Assembly (NCBI GenBank): GCA_030295235.1 | Contig: AP026155.1 | Coordinates: 620,001-684,000 of the forward strand | Length of the DNA: 64,000 nt | DNA from: Fistulifera solaris | Taxonomy: Eukaryota | Direction: 5' to 3' | In this document: positions 34,572 through 46,858 of the stretch, piece by piece | How positions within the stretch are numbered: the stretch's first letter is position 1 | Layout of the letters: every line of letters starts with the position of its first letter | Notes under the pieces: generated by a model | What the model was told of the DNA's origin: nothing | Seen by the model: only the letters and a program-made list of their open reading frames with translations | Databases searched by the model: none | Program-made: the position numbers and the translations under genes

Positions 34572-37500
34572 CTACACGACATTTGACGACACTTGAGACT
34601 GTGCAAATTGCTGTGCGGCTGCTAAAACCACTGATAGATCATCGCATTCCTTGGCTTGACCTTGCGCATTTCCCGCTTTTCCGCCACCGCGTCCACCGCA
34701 GGGTGCCAATGCAGCTTGAATCCAGGCATCTGCACGGAATCCTTGTTCCACCAGTGCATCGGGGACGACACAAAAGGCAAATACTTTGGAGCCTTCTTGA
34801 CTCAATCCCAAGAATGCCTTGGTCGGTGCCAGAGATTGAACTGTATTCAAAACACGTTGAGAAGCTTTGGAATCAGCACCAATGTCTATTTGCAATACCA
34901 GCGCCTTTTCGTCTTCAGCGACTTGACCAATTTGCTGTTCCAATTGTACCAACGCCTTATCTACTTTTTTGTTGTAAGAGTTTCTTTTGTGCTTCATTCG
35001 CTTCTTTCTGAATGCTTTCCAAACGCGCTCGTAATGATACTTTCAATGCCGCCGACATGATGGTACTATCCACTTGTTTGCGCAAAGCACCCGCAACTTC
35101 GCCTTCGGGTTGCTTCTCCAACTGTAATACTTGTTCTTCCAACGCTTTCCCCTGTTGCAAAGCATCCACCGCGGCTTGTTGTGTGACGGCCGTGATACGA
35201 CGAATGCCCTTGGCCACGGCTGTTTCTTCAATCAAACAAAACGATTGTGCTTCACCCGTCCGTTTCACATGGGTGCCTCCACAAAATTCAATGGAAGTGT
35301 CTTTCCCCACGGTGATGACTCGTACCGGATCAGGATATACCTCACCAAAAACGGCGCGGACGCCGTTCAATGCCTGTGCTTCAGCCAGTGGGAGTACTTG
35401 ACTCGATACGACAACATCTTCTGCCACCACTGCCTGACAAAACGATTCAATAGCTTGCAGTTGCTCGACATTCAAAGCCTTGTTGTAGCTAAAGTCGAAG
35501 CGCAATTTCTCGTCATTACACAAACTACCCCGTTGATCCACGGAATCACCAAGGACTTGACGGAGGGCGGCGTTCAGCACGTGGGTCATGCTGTGATTGG
35601 GTGCAATGCGTTGGCGACGCTCATAATCGACACGACACGTGACCGATTGTCCGACGTGCAATTTTTGTGACGATGCGTTCTCCTTCGTCCACTTGACTAC
35701 ACCTTCGTGCACAACAAATCCAGCATAAGATTGCACGTCATTTACATGAAAGTGACCGACAACCTGATTCGATGCATCCATAATATCTAAAACTCCCTTG
35801 TCGGTTTCTTGTCCACCAGCCACCGCGTAAAACGATGATTTGTCTAAAATCAGGCCGATGGTTGCTCCGTCGGGTGCACTTCCATCACCCGTCACGAATC
35901 CGTCACTAGTATAAATGGCCTTGACGGTGGCGGGTAAGTCAACATCCCATTCGTATTTGAAACTGTCGTCCGAGGGCAGAATGTTGTTTTGCTGCAACCA
36001 TGCCGTTTGTTCCGCTTGCAATTCACCCAAAACATCGCCTTGACTGTTGTTGTTGCGGGCTTGTTTTTGAGCCTGTCGGGAACGATCCTTCTGTTCCTGC
36101 ATAGCTTGATCAAAGCCTTGTGTGTCAACTGTGAAACCAGCCTCCTGTGCCATGAGTTGCGTCAAATCCAACGGGAAGCCGAGTGTATCATATAGGTAAA
36201 ACGCTTGTTTGCCCGGAATAATTTTAGTCGTTTCGCTACTGGCGGGGGCTACAATTTCCTGCTCAAAATATTGAATACCACGTTGCAACATGGAACCGAA
36301 AGCTTCTTCCTCCTCCTTTATGACTTGAATAATATGCTTTTCTTGCTGTTTTAGTTCTGGAAAGGCATCCCCAAACGTCTGCACGACAATCGGCACAAGT
36401 TCCGCCATGAACCCGGAAGGCAATTGCAGAATTTGCTGTCCATAGCGCGCCGCGCGACGAAGAATACGCCTTAGAACATATCCACGTCCTTCATTGTTGG
36501 GAATGACTCCATCGGCAATCGCGAAACTCAACGTACGAGCATGATCGGCAATCGCTCGGTACGCGGTATCGTGAAAATCGGCATCGTCGGCTCCCAGTTT
36601 ACCCGCATACGGCCGTGCGGTAGGACTCTTGGTTTGCAACGCCTCAAACAAAGGTTGGAAGCAATCAATGTCGTAATTACTGGACTTGTGTTGCAAAATG
36701 GACGTCAATCGTTCCAATCCCATGCCCGTATCAATGTGTTTGGCGGGTAAAGTAGACAGCTCCGTCGGTCCTTCCCGATTGAATTGAATAAAGACAATAT
36801 TCCATATTTCAATGACATTCGGATCATCTTGATTGACCAGAGCACTCGCATCCCTTCCATTGCCAATCCGATCGTAATGAATTTCACTGCACGGACCACA
36901 GGGACCAACATCGCCCATTTCCCAAAAATTATCACGAGCACTGCACGCAATGACTTTATGTGCCGGCAAATACTGCAACCAATAATCACGAGCCTCGGTA
37001 TCGGCCGGAATTTGTTCATTACCTTCAAAATAGGTTGCATACAAGTTGTCTGGATTCAAGGCATACACGCGGGTCAATAAATCCCACGCCATATCAATGG
37101 CTTCTTTTTTGAAGTAATTCCCAAATGACCAAGTTCCCAACATTTCAAAAAAGGTATGATGATACGTATCACGTCCGACATCTTCCAAATCATTGTGTTT
37201 GCCACCGGCGCGAATGCATTTTTGGGAATTGACGGCGCGCTGTAGTTTCGATAATGGACTGGACGGATCGGCTTGTCCTAAGAAAATCGGTTTGAATTGA
37301 TTCATTCCGGCATTTGTAAAGAGTAAAGTTGGATCATTGAGGGGAGCACATGCCGAACTGGGGACCATCGTATGATTGTGTTGCTTTTGAAAGTAATTGA
37401 CGAATGTCGAACGGACTTGATCCGTCGACCATTCGAGAGAAGAAGAAGAAGAAGAAGAAGTGCTGGAGAAACGAGTCATAAGAGTAGGAACTGCTCTGCT

Positions 37501-37596
37501 GTTCTGGATCCCCCAAGAGGTTGGTCGAAAGGCAGAAGTTCGTCGAACGACAAGTGTCGTCCACAACAACATGATGCTATTCGAAATACTTTTCAT
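34572..37596 (-). CDS. alaS: Alanyl-tRNA synthetase with organellar presequence; frameshift near 34967
   Basis: DPTLLFTNAGMNQFK, QKCIRAGGKHNDLEDVG, HHTFFEMLG, IDTGMGLER, NHSMTHVL, EFCGGTH (editing site), GGRGGGK; N-terminus ...VRRTSA-FRP. Confidence 0.97.
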
Positions 37597-38351
37597 TCTC
37601 CAAGAGAAGCAGTAAAAAAGGATTTGATTTGCGCAGAAAGCGATCGATTCGAATCGAATAACCTACAACCTGCAACCTACAACTAATCCTTGTCGATGAT
37701 TGAGGATGTTATGACTAGTTGACGAATTACAAGTACCTTTTTCAATCTAGAACAACATCATCAAGAAGGAATGCGTTGTTTTATTATACTGACTTACTCC
37801 GTATTGTTTTGTCTTTCCTTTTTCGTGTGTGTGGTGGAAGTGTTGGCGAACTGACGCACTCGCCTGTCCGTGTCGCGGCGGGCGGCGTCGCGAACAGAAC
37901 AATTCATGACTGCAATTCAATCACAGAGAAAAACAGCGAAACGAAAGAATCAATAATAATGCAGACATGATCGATACCAGGTATAGCCGCCCAAATAGCG
38001 TGTTGCTGACAACCATATGAATATCATGTCATTTTCACGTCAGCTTATATATATATATATATATTCCATTATGTTCCACAAACACTATCGGGGCGACTGG
38101 ATTCCTGGCTTATTATGGTAAAATGGACTGGATTCCTGGGTAAATGGTCAAGTGCAAGAGCATCACAGGAATCAATAAACTATCGTCGTGTCAAACCATG
38201 CGCTTAGCGATCATAGTATTATGTAGCTATACGTCATTTTTCATTATCTGATCCTCAATCTACATTCCATGGTCTCGTCATAGTTTCTCTATCCGTTATT
38301 CTTTCTCTCTACCGAATAATCGAGCGATTTCGCTAATTTCACCTTGACAAA

Positions 38352-38744
38352 CTAGAACCACCAGTACAACAAGAGCAGTAGTACCACACTGGTCACGACT
38401 TTTGGATGTTCTTTGACTTGTTGCATCCATGGCCGATCGCGAGATAAGAGCCGCATCCGATCGTCGTCGTCGTCGCCCATGTGAATCAAGGATTGTACTT
38501 GTTCACGTAGCAAACGTCCAGCGTTATTGTTGTCAAGTAATACAATGTGTCCACTGGATTCTACATCTGTGTTCGATGACAGCGTTGTCTTGGAGTGTTG
38601 ATAGCTGCTGTTGTGATAAACATCGCCCGATGCCGTCGTATTCTTCCGTGCTTGTTGTTGCTGTTGCTGAAAGACTTCTTCGAACCGTTTTCGTTTTTCG
38701 TCTCGAGCGGCTTTCTTCGCTTCGACGGGTGATGCAGGTATCAT
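38352..38744 (-). CDS. hypothetical tail-anchored membrane protein
   Basis: 130-aa ATG ORF with a charged N-terminus and C-terminal VVTSVVLLLLLYWWF. Confidence 0.6.
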   Translation of the reverse strand: MIPASPVEAKKAARDEKRKRFEEVFQQQQQQARKNTTASGDVYHNSSYQHSKTTLSSNTDVESSGHIVLLDNNNAGRLLREQVQSLIHMGDDDDDRMRLLSRDRPWMQQVKEHPKVVTSVVLLLLLYWWF

Positions 38745-39420
38745 GAGAATTCAAAGAAGTTGAATAAAGTTGGATGGATCAAGGCATGGGCCCGGAGTGC
38801 TGAAATTCCAGTGTGTTGTCCCTTCGTCAATGATTTCCTCTCTCTCTCTCTCTCTTTTCGTTCCTCAATCGTACAAAGCCGTTATACTATTCGTCGTCTT
38901 TTATTCAAGCAAATAAAAACAAAAGAAAAAGACAGAAAGCATTGATTCTGGACATGAGAAGAGCGATCCGATCAACGACTTGTTGCGACTTGCACGCAAT
39001 AAAAAAAAAATAATGTTGTGGGCTGGCTGATGTTGGGTTGGGAGGATGATGATGATGATTCTCGAGGAGGGACGAGTATGGGTGGTGTTTTCATTCACAC
39101 ACTCAGAAAATCTGGATGAGTGGCTGGCATTTTTACAGCCTCAGAAAATCTGGAGGAGTGATGGTGCGCGATGGGTTCAATTGATGTTCGTGGCGTACGC
39201 GCATGAGTGAAAATAAAAAATGCAGTCCTGGTTCGACTTTAAAGTAAAAACGGATGACTTTTCGCAAGGCTCTTCGCCGTGAAATATAATGACGTGCAAT
39301 GCAAACGCTTCTAAAGACTACTATGTATTTCGTTTGCAGCAACGACAAATGGAGCGCCAGATGGTTTACTGAACGAGCGAATTTCTAGGCAGCCTTATTG
39401 TCGCTCAAAACGAATGTAAG

Positions 39421-39475
39421 TTCATGACTGAAGAGCAGTCGTGGATAAGTTGATGTCACACTTTCGCTTATAGTA
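39421..39475 (+). repeat. GACTG-loop-CAGTC hairpin element, copy C
   Basis: TTCATGACTG-AAGAG-CAGTCGTGG...CACACTTTCGCTTATAGTA. Confidence 0.7.
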
Positions 39476-40049
39476 CCAGGTAGACACAGTTGTGTGTATT
39501 TTGAAGCAGACGGATATTCTGAAGTGCTGTGTCGAAAGATCTCTACGGAAGCGTGTCTCGTGTTTTCACTCTCACGCAGAAAATCTGGGGTGCGGTGGAA
39601 AGGAGGAAATATTTCCAAGGAACAAATAATGCGTGTGCGAGGACGCTGACAAATAAGAACAGGTGCACTCCTTTCGTATATCTTCGATTAACCAACAACA
39701 ATGCTGTTTTACGAATAGCATTGGTGCAAAGAGAGGTTTCGGAGCGAGCCTTTTTGATTTTATTAGACAGGAATGACAGCCGTGAAAGAAATTGCGAACA
39801 TGTTTTTCAGTTAACTTTTCTGTTGCCGAACGAAGACTTGCGTGAATACTCTTCTTCTTGATACAAAGATACAGATTTCAATTCATGGTTTCGATCGTGA
39901 TTCTCGTTGGATACAAGAGCGATCGTGCTCCTTCGCTCAGTGATGAGCGATGCCGTGGAAGAGAAACAGCGACTAAAGTACATTTGCATTTCTGTCATAA
40001 AAAATCCCGACTTCTATGATATCTCAACAATCGTTTCGAGACAGTCAAC

Positions 40050-40274
40050 ATGAGCAAAACCAAGCGAAGCGAAACGGATAGACCTCACGTCGTTGTCTAT
40101 CATCACCATCATTTCTATCATGCAAGTGAGGAAGACGCCGTGCCTTTTCCTATGGGGCCCATGTTGAAAAAGAACAAGTCAACGATGATGCCTCCAGCTC
40201 CTGGACCGTCAACGCCTCCCGCACCCGAGCCGACGAATAAGACTTCTCATCATTCCACAAAAAGGAATGGCTAG
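40050..40274 (+). CDS. small hypothetical Pro/His-rich protein
   Basis: 74-aa ATG ORF in a good AACATG context, lying in an otherwise empty gap; no domain recognised. Confidence 0.3.
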   Translation: MSKTKRSETDRPHVVVYHHHHFYHASEEDAVPFPMGPMLKKNKSTMMPPAPGPSTPPAPEPTNKTSHHSTKRNG

Positions 40275-40479
40275 CGCAACGCAAACAGGAATTGTACGAG
40301 TCGTACAAGTCGGGTCAGATGTTTGGGAAGAAGTAGTAAAGCGACGATGAATGATTAAGGAGCACACAGCAGGCTCATCGGAGAAGCGTTATCTTTGATG
40401 AAAGAATGCAACTTATAGTGATGGAATAACATCTTATTTCTCGATTGATTTTTATAATGGTAGTCCTTTGGTATGTTGA

Positions 40480-43400
40480 TCATTGATCTTGCAACCAATT
40501 GCGTGTTTCCTCGGCGGTCAATGGGACCACTTGCGTCACGGATCGTGTCTCGCACAAAGGAAGAAGCGAGGTACAGCCTGGTCTCGAAAAGACCAAAATC
40601 AAACAATTTTCAGTTTGCGAGAAGAATCCAGCTTCACAATAGGTCAAATAATAGTTCCAGCATCGTAAAAAGACATCATCAAAACCCAGTTTTCTCACCA
40701 CATCTTCCGATGCATTGAATCGACGTCTCCACTCTGCCAAGGTTTGTGCATAGTGAAGACCAATGTTGTCAATGTGCTCGAGCGTGAGACACGATTGTCG
40801 GTACGCAGCATCCACCAGAGCATGTAACGAAGGACAGCACGATCCGGGAAATATAATGGTGTTGATGAAATCAGTCGATCGCAAGTACGTTTCGTAACGT
40901 TGTTCCGGTGTAGTGATGGCTTCCATGACGAGAATTCCATCCTTCGCCAGAACTTGCTCGACGGCCCAAAAGAATTCGCCCAGGTGTTCGTGTCCGACGG
41001 CTTCGATCATTTCACAGCTGAGAACACGGTCGTACCTGCCGCGGTTCGCCGGGCGGCGGCAGAATGTACGATAATCCACCACTTCAAACGTAATCAAATG
41101 CTCCAATCCAGCTTCTTTGACGCGTTGTTCAGCCAGCGCCTTTTGTTCCACCGACAAAGTGATGCCGGTAACATGGCAACCATACTTTTGGGCGGCATGC
41201 AAGGAAAGGCCACCCCAGCCAAAGCCAATATCCAACATGGTTTGACCAGGTTGAATTTGGGCGCGCTCTAAGAGAGTATCCAACTTGCGCCACTGTGCTT
41301 GCTCCAATGTTCCACGGAATCGCAACGATGAGTCGGTCGGATTCGGGATAGCATCGTAAATGGCGGACGAGTACATGAGGGTTTCGCGGTCCAAAAAGGT
41401 ACGGAACAAGTCGTTGGAAATATCGTAATGCGCGTGAATGTTTTTCAAAGAACCGCCTCGTTCCGAATTGTCCATGGTCAATTTGTATCGCATGTAATTG
41501 AAAAACGATCCGATTTTAGCCATTGCAATCCCGAGGCGTTGGACATGGCGTTACTGTAACTATGACCACGACCCGATCGCCGGGGTTCATGCAGGCGATC
41601 TCGATTCCCGATAAACAGCAAAAACAAGCGGGTCAATCCGATAGGATCTCCTAAAACGACAGTCGTTTCATCTCGTGTGTTTACTGGCTTGAGAACGGGG
41701 TGATATGGCTCGGTTTTTCCGTCCAACGGCTCCACGACAAAATGTCCTGCCATGTAGGAACGAGCCAGCCCCAAATCATACTCAAACGCAGTCTTGACGA
41801 AGAACCATTCATCAAACACTCGAACTGTAACTGGGTGCGGATCCGAACGCCCACAAGGTGTGCCGTCTCCAAAGGAAACAATCGATCCATCATTCATTTT
41901 GAGTCGAAGAGTACCCTTCTGAACCGCCTGTCTCAAAAAGTAGAAAATGAATTTTTGCAGATCGCCACGGGCCAATCGTAGCTCAATCGTTGATACAATA
42001 TTTTCAGTAAAGACCCTCTCGACGCCGAGAGCGACAAGTCTGGGGGCTTCAATACACTCTTTTCCGCATTTTCAGCCCACGGCAAGTGAGTTCCGGAAAG
42101 CTTAGTGGCTACTTCAAATCCAGCGCGACATCCATCTTCGTGAAATCCATAACCTTGCCACGCACCGCAAAACCACAAACCGTCTTGACCCTGAAACCTT
42201 TGAGTAATGGAATCACGAGCCCGAAGAGTCGTCTGGGTGAACTGCGGATGCGCCATAGTGACACGATGATGGGTTAGGTGCGACTCCGGTGGTTGGTGTG
42301 GATTCAACGACACGAAAATGTCCGTGGCCGTATCCAAAGTTTGCAACCTATTCAACCAATACGTCACATAGACAGCTTTCATGCGCGCCAACGACTCTGA
42401 TTCGCCGTTGGATCCGTCGTGCGTCAATTTATTTCCGAATCCTGATGCGCTGCCTTCCATGACGACGTCTCCTTTTTGTGCGTGAACGCATTGTGTCAGA
42501 TCGGGCAATTCACTAGATTTCCCCAAACAGTTCCATGAAGCCCAAGCTTTGATCGGCATGAGCTTTGGATCCGAATGGATATAAATCGCATTATCCTCAT
42601 AACGAATTTGCGACAAACATTCTTGCAATGAAGGGAATGATGGAAGCATTTCAGCCGCGTTGGGTGGATGACAAGCAAAAATAACCTGATCAAACACACC
42701 CAAAGATTCTCCGTTAGAGCCCAACAACTCGTAGCCAGCCGTCGCAGCTTTTTGAACGGTTCCAACCGGGTTAGACACATGTACGTGCTCCAAAGACTTC
42801 TGCACAGCTTGCACATACTGTTGCGATCGACCAGCAACCGTCTTCCACTGCGGTCGCTGAAAAAGTTGCAACATTTTGTGATTGCAGAGAAATGCAATCA
42901 GTTGCGCAGCAGGAAAATCGAGTACATCATCCATACTCGCACTCCATAGAGCCGCCATCATTGGCAGCAGATAGCATTTACAGAAGGCACTGCTGTACCG
43001 GTGATCGCGAAGATACTGCCCCGTCGTGACGTGTTTGCGCGGATCGTCCGGCGCCATGCGCAACAACGCCGGAGCCTCTTCATGAAAGCGCAGCATATCA
43101 CGAATCATAGAATAATACTGTAATACATGGCGTTTGTCGCGAATGCAACCGTACGAATTCCATTCAATGTCACCTTGATCCAAACTGACGCTCAAACTCA
43201 TATCGGAATCATCTTCGGGGACTTGCAATGCCTTGAACCATTCGACCATATTGGGATAATTGGAATGATTGAATACCATGAAACCGATATCGACATCAAT
43301 CGTCCTTCCCTCTTTCGTCAAAACAGGAACGGTCCACGCGTGTCCTCCGAGTCGATCTTGAGCTTCCCACAAGTGCACTTCGTAGTCCGGTTGTTGCTGA

Positions 43401-43489
43401 AGATGCCATGCCGCTGCCAAGCCGGAAACACCTCCACCGATGACAGCAATACGCTGTTTCGCCAAAGAAATCCTTTGAGAATCTTGCAT
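40480..43489 (-). CDS. Fusion of FAD/NAD-binding oxidoreductase (COG2907-like) and cyclopropane-fatty-acyl-phospholipid synthase-type methyltransferase; frameshifts near 41954 and 41525
   Basis: N-terminal domain: IAVIGGGVSGLAAA, EAQDRLGGHA, DIGFMVFNHSNYPN, SDMSLSVS, LLPMMAALWS, AWASWN, VTYWLNRLQ, WFCGAWQGYGFHEDG. C-terminal domain: LGLARSYMAG, NIHAHYDISNDLF, MYSSA, DIGFGWG, EMIEAVGHE, IFPG, IGLHYAQTLAEWRRRF, WNYYLTYCEAGF. Confidence 0.92.
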
Positions 43490-44041
43490 GCTACCAGTTT
43501 CAAATTACGCGCGATCCAGTGAAATGAAAAGAATGCAAAGAGACAAAAATCCCCGCAAAAACGGCCGATGATCGCTTTTGTTCTTGGCTTTCGTGTGAGT
43601 CACTCCGTCACCGATGACGTAGGTTGACGCAATCCATGAACGCGTACAACAGGCAGACGGCCTTCGGAAACAAACCAAGTGCGCACTTTCTCGTTTGTAC
43701 TCTATAACCCATACATTAAGGGGGTACGTCATTCGAAACCACTTTGCGTCGCGTTTGTGCGGTCTCGAATGATTTTTTGGATCCTTGTCTGGAGGATGGA
43801 CACCATGATCGCAGGGAAGCTAGGAAGATGACTCGTTTGTTTAGCCAAACTACAAAGCTAATCCAACACTCGGCATGTTTTGAAGCTATTAGATATGTAA
43901 TATTTAGAGCTTATCTTTTTTAAACAGTAAACAAAGACATTATCGTGCAAGCCGGTTATATGCTAAAAGGCGGAGTTGGACCCCTCACTCTCTCCACAAA
44001 CAGTGATTTTAGTGTGAAATTCGTTGTTTTCTTAATAGCGA

Positions 44042-44944
44042 TTACCAACGCAGTTCACCAATGTTTCCTCCTGGTAGGCCTTCCGAGATTGTGACCTCAG
44101 GACCGTTCTCAACCAAGTAAGGCTCCACACATGCCGACAGAGGGAACTCCATTGGGGCAGTGTTGAGGACTCGCACAACGTTTCCGCTTCCGGGCGATTC
44201 AATGATGCAGTAGAAAGGACGTTCAAGACCGTCTTCTGTGTAAAGTTCCATAACCTGCTTGATGTTGTTGGGACCTTGCAACAACTCAATTCGTGCGTTC
44301 AACGGACGGCCGTCTGTCTTGAGGAGAACTTGAACACTCTGCACTTGAGGAGCAAAGGGTATGTGTGCAGAGCACCACCCTGAATAGTTCTTGGGGTCAT
44401 TTTCGATGTGCCCTTGGCAACGGGTCCCTTGGGGCCAGCAGCCTCAACACAAGCAGAGAAGGGGAATTCGAGGTTACCCGTGTTGTAGACGGCAACGGCG
44501 TTGGGGCCTCGGGGAGTCTCGATGACGGCGCAGAAGGGGCGAACACTTCCGTCCTCAATGTAAACACCGAGTTTCTGGGGAGTGTTATCAGGACCCTGCC
44601 ACAGCTCAATGTTGGCGTGAAGAGGACGTCCTTCAGTCTTCATCAAGACCTGAACACGCTCGACCTGGGGGTTGGGGAAGGACCACGTTCGGAGAGTGCT
44701 ACCCTGGACGAGAACAGGAGAAGAAGTCTCCCAGATGTCTTTAGCACGTTGAGCCTCAGCAGGGGAAACAGCTCCAGCGGGGCCGCCAGGGCCAACAGCG
44801 CGAACAGCAGGAGGAGCACCAGGATCGTTGCCTCCAGAGTATCCAAATAACGGAGACACGGTCGTCTTAGGAGCCTGCGCGTAGAAAGCAGAGCTCGAGG
44901 GGGAGGATGGCGCAGAGCGCAAGGATACTACCGTAAAACTTCAT
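44042..44944 (-). CDS. Uncharacterised two-repeat-domain plastid-targeted protein (QG-x-LRTW/HTY family), copy 1; frameshifts near 44900 and 44355
   Basis: [22 protein letters not shown] presequence; two internal repeats of (V/I)QG...VQV.(M/L)KT.GRPL.A.IEL.QGP.N..Q...EDG..RPF..IE.P....V.NT...EFP; strong codon bias. Confidence 0.85.
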
Positions 44945-45240
44945 TGTTATTCTAGGTGATAGACTCTTCTTGTTGTCTTAAATGGCTTCGCGACGTTGCG
45001 AGTTTCCTTGTTGTGTCTCGAATGCAAAAGTGCAAATGGAGGGAAGATCAGCCAGCCTCGCCTATCGCGATAATTTGTATCGCTACAAAGAAGTGCGTAC
45101 GCACCGTGGCATGTCAAGTTCGCTCAAACGGGGAAACGATTGCCGTTCAAACAGTACAAAAAGCGAGGTCCAGGGCTGTTGGCGAACGAGGAAAGTCAAT
45201 GGCTGAAAAGATAGATGGGGCGTGACCGACGTCATTCAGG

Positions 45241-45446
45241 CTGACGTCGACGTTGCAGAATCTGCAAGTCCAGCACTTATTCTGTACTGCTCGCTACTGA
45301 AGGACTCTAAGTAGGATCGCATCCTACTTAAGGGTGACTTATGCGTCCGAAACGGTTATTGAACTGTACCGATTCCTTTCCTGAGCCCAGCGCTCGCCAA
45401 TTCTTTCTATTTCTGAAGCCGCAAAAATCTGCAACGTCGACGTCAG
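45241..45446. repeat. Perfect 19-bp inverted repeat flanking a 168-bp spacer; contains TGACGT boxes
   Basis: CTGACGTCGACGTTGCAGA at 45241-45259 and TCTGCAACGTCGACGTCAG at 45428-45446. Confidence 0.85.
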
Positions 45447-46125
45447 AATGGATGGGTTCGAAACAACCTTTTGTACTGTGTTTTACAGTGCTGTAACACG
45501 GATTCAGTCCTGCTATGTGATTGGACGCCAAAATTCAAAATTAGAAACTATTGACAATCAAATGATGTCAGCTGAAACAACCAATCAGATATCTCCATTG
45601 TTCAGAAATAATAATAGTTTTCTCAAAATATAGAAATCGAAGTAGTATCCCGCCCCTCTCTAAAAACGCAATCGTATCCGACGTGAAGTAGTATTCGAAT
45701 ACTTAAGCAGTTTCTTTCTAAGTATTCTTTCTCATGGTAGAGGACGCTGACGTCATTGTTGTGGCCCGCAGATGACAATTGCGCTCACGTTTTCGTCGAA
45801 GCCAAGCGATCGCCCGTCACGGTATAGACCGTGGTCAAGACATGCATTACAAACGTCCAATAGCCCTGTCGGGACGCAGCTTCTTAAGTGACGAAAAATG
45901 GCGAACGCAAGTATTTTTGGTAGTACCAGGTATCGCCGTAAAATCGCCTTCCACTTTTCAATATTCATCCTTCAAGTTGCTGTGTAACCGAGAGTAAAGA
46001 CGATTTGTATCTGTTTTCTATTCGTTCTCCTTCTCCAAAGCGCTCCTCGATGATGATCATCTTTCGCTCTCAGAAGAGGAGAAGAATACTAACTATCAAG
46101 AACAAGTTGCGCGTCATGAAGAATG

Positions 46126-46291
<166 letters not shown>

Positions 46292-46858
46292 GGTTGATTT
46301 CATCAAACGGGTAGCAATCGGCAACCAGCCAGGAACTTCAGTTATGTGAATGTATGGGACCCACAACAATAGACTTTATATGCACTAATATTCCATATGA
46401 AAGCAAAAGCAGTTACAAAAGAGCCGATCCGTCATTGACAATATTCATCTTTGTCTTTCCGGTCACAATGCCTTCGTTCAGAATATTGATTGTCGGCTCA
46501 GAACCTCGGCACTACCTTTCTCCACCTCTTCATTCCGTGCTTTGAAGAGAGCAATCTTTCGTCTTGTTTGCATGATACGCTATTTCTTCGTTATCAATGG
46601 GTGTCGATAGTAAGTTAAAGCCGTCATGCCATGTTGTCATGTTGTTGTTACAAAGTATCATTGCTTCTTTACAAATGCTTTCGATGTCGCAGCAGCACGC
46701 GTCATCACAACGACTCAACTCGTGTCTGAAAATAGGACACAAGACACAAGATATTGACCTAAGCCATCAACGAAAAGGAAGATCCGCAACCGACGATAAA
46801 CATCATCGCATCGGCCGACCATGGGATTTTGACATAGAACGAAATACCAGCTCATATA

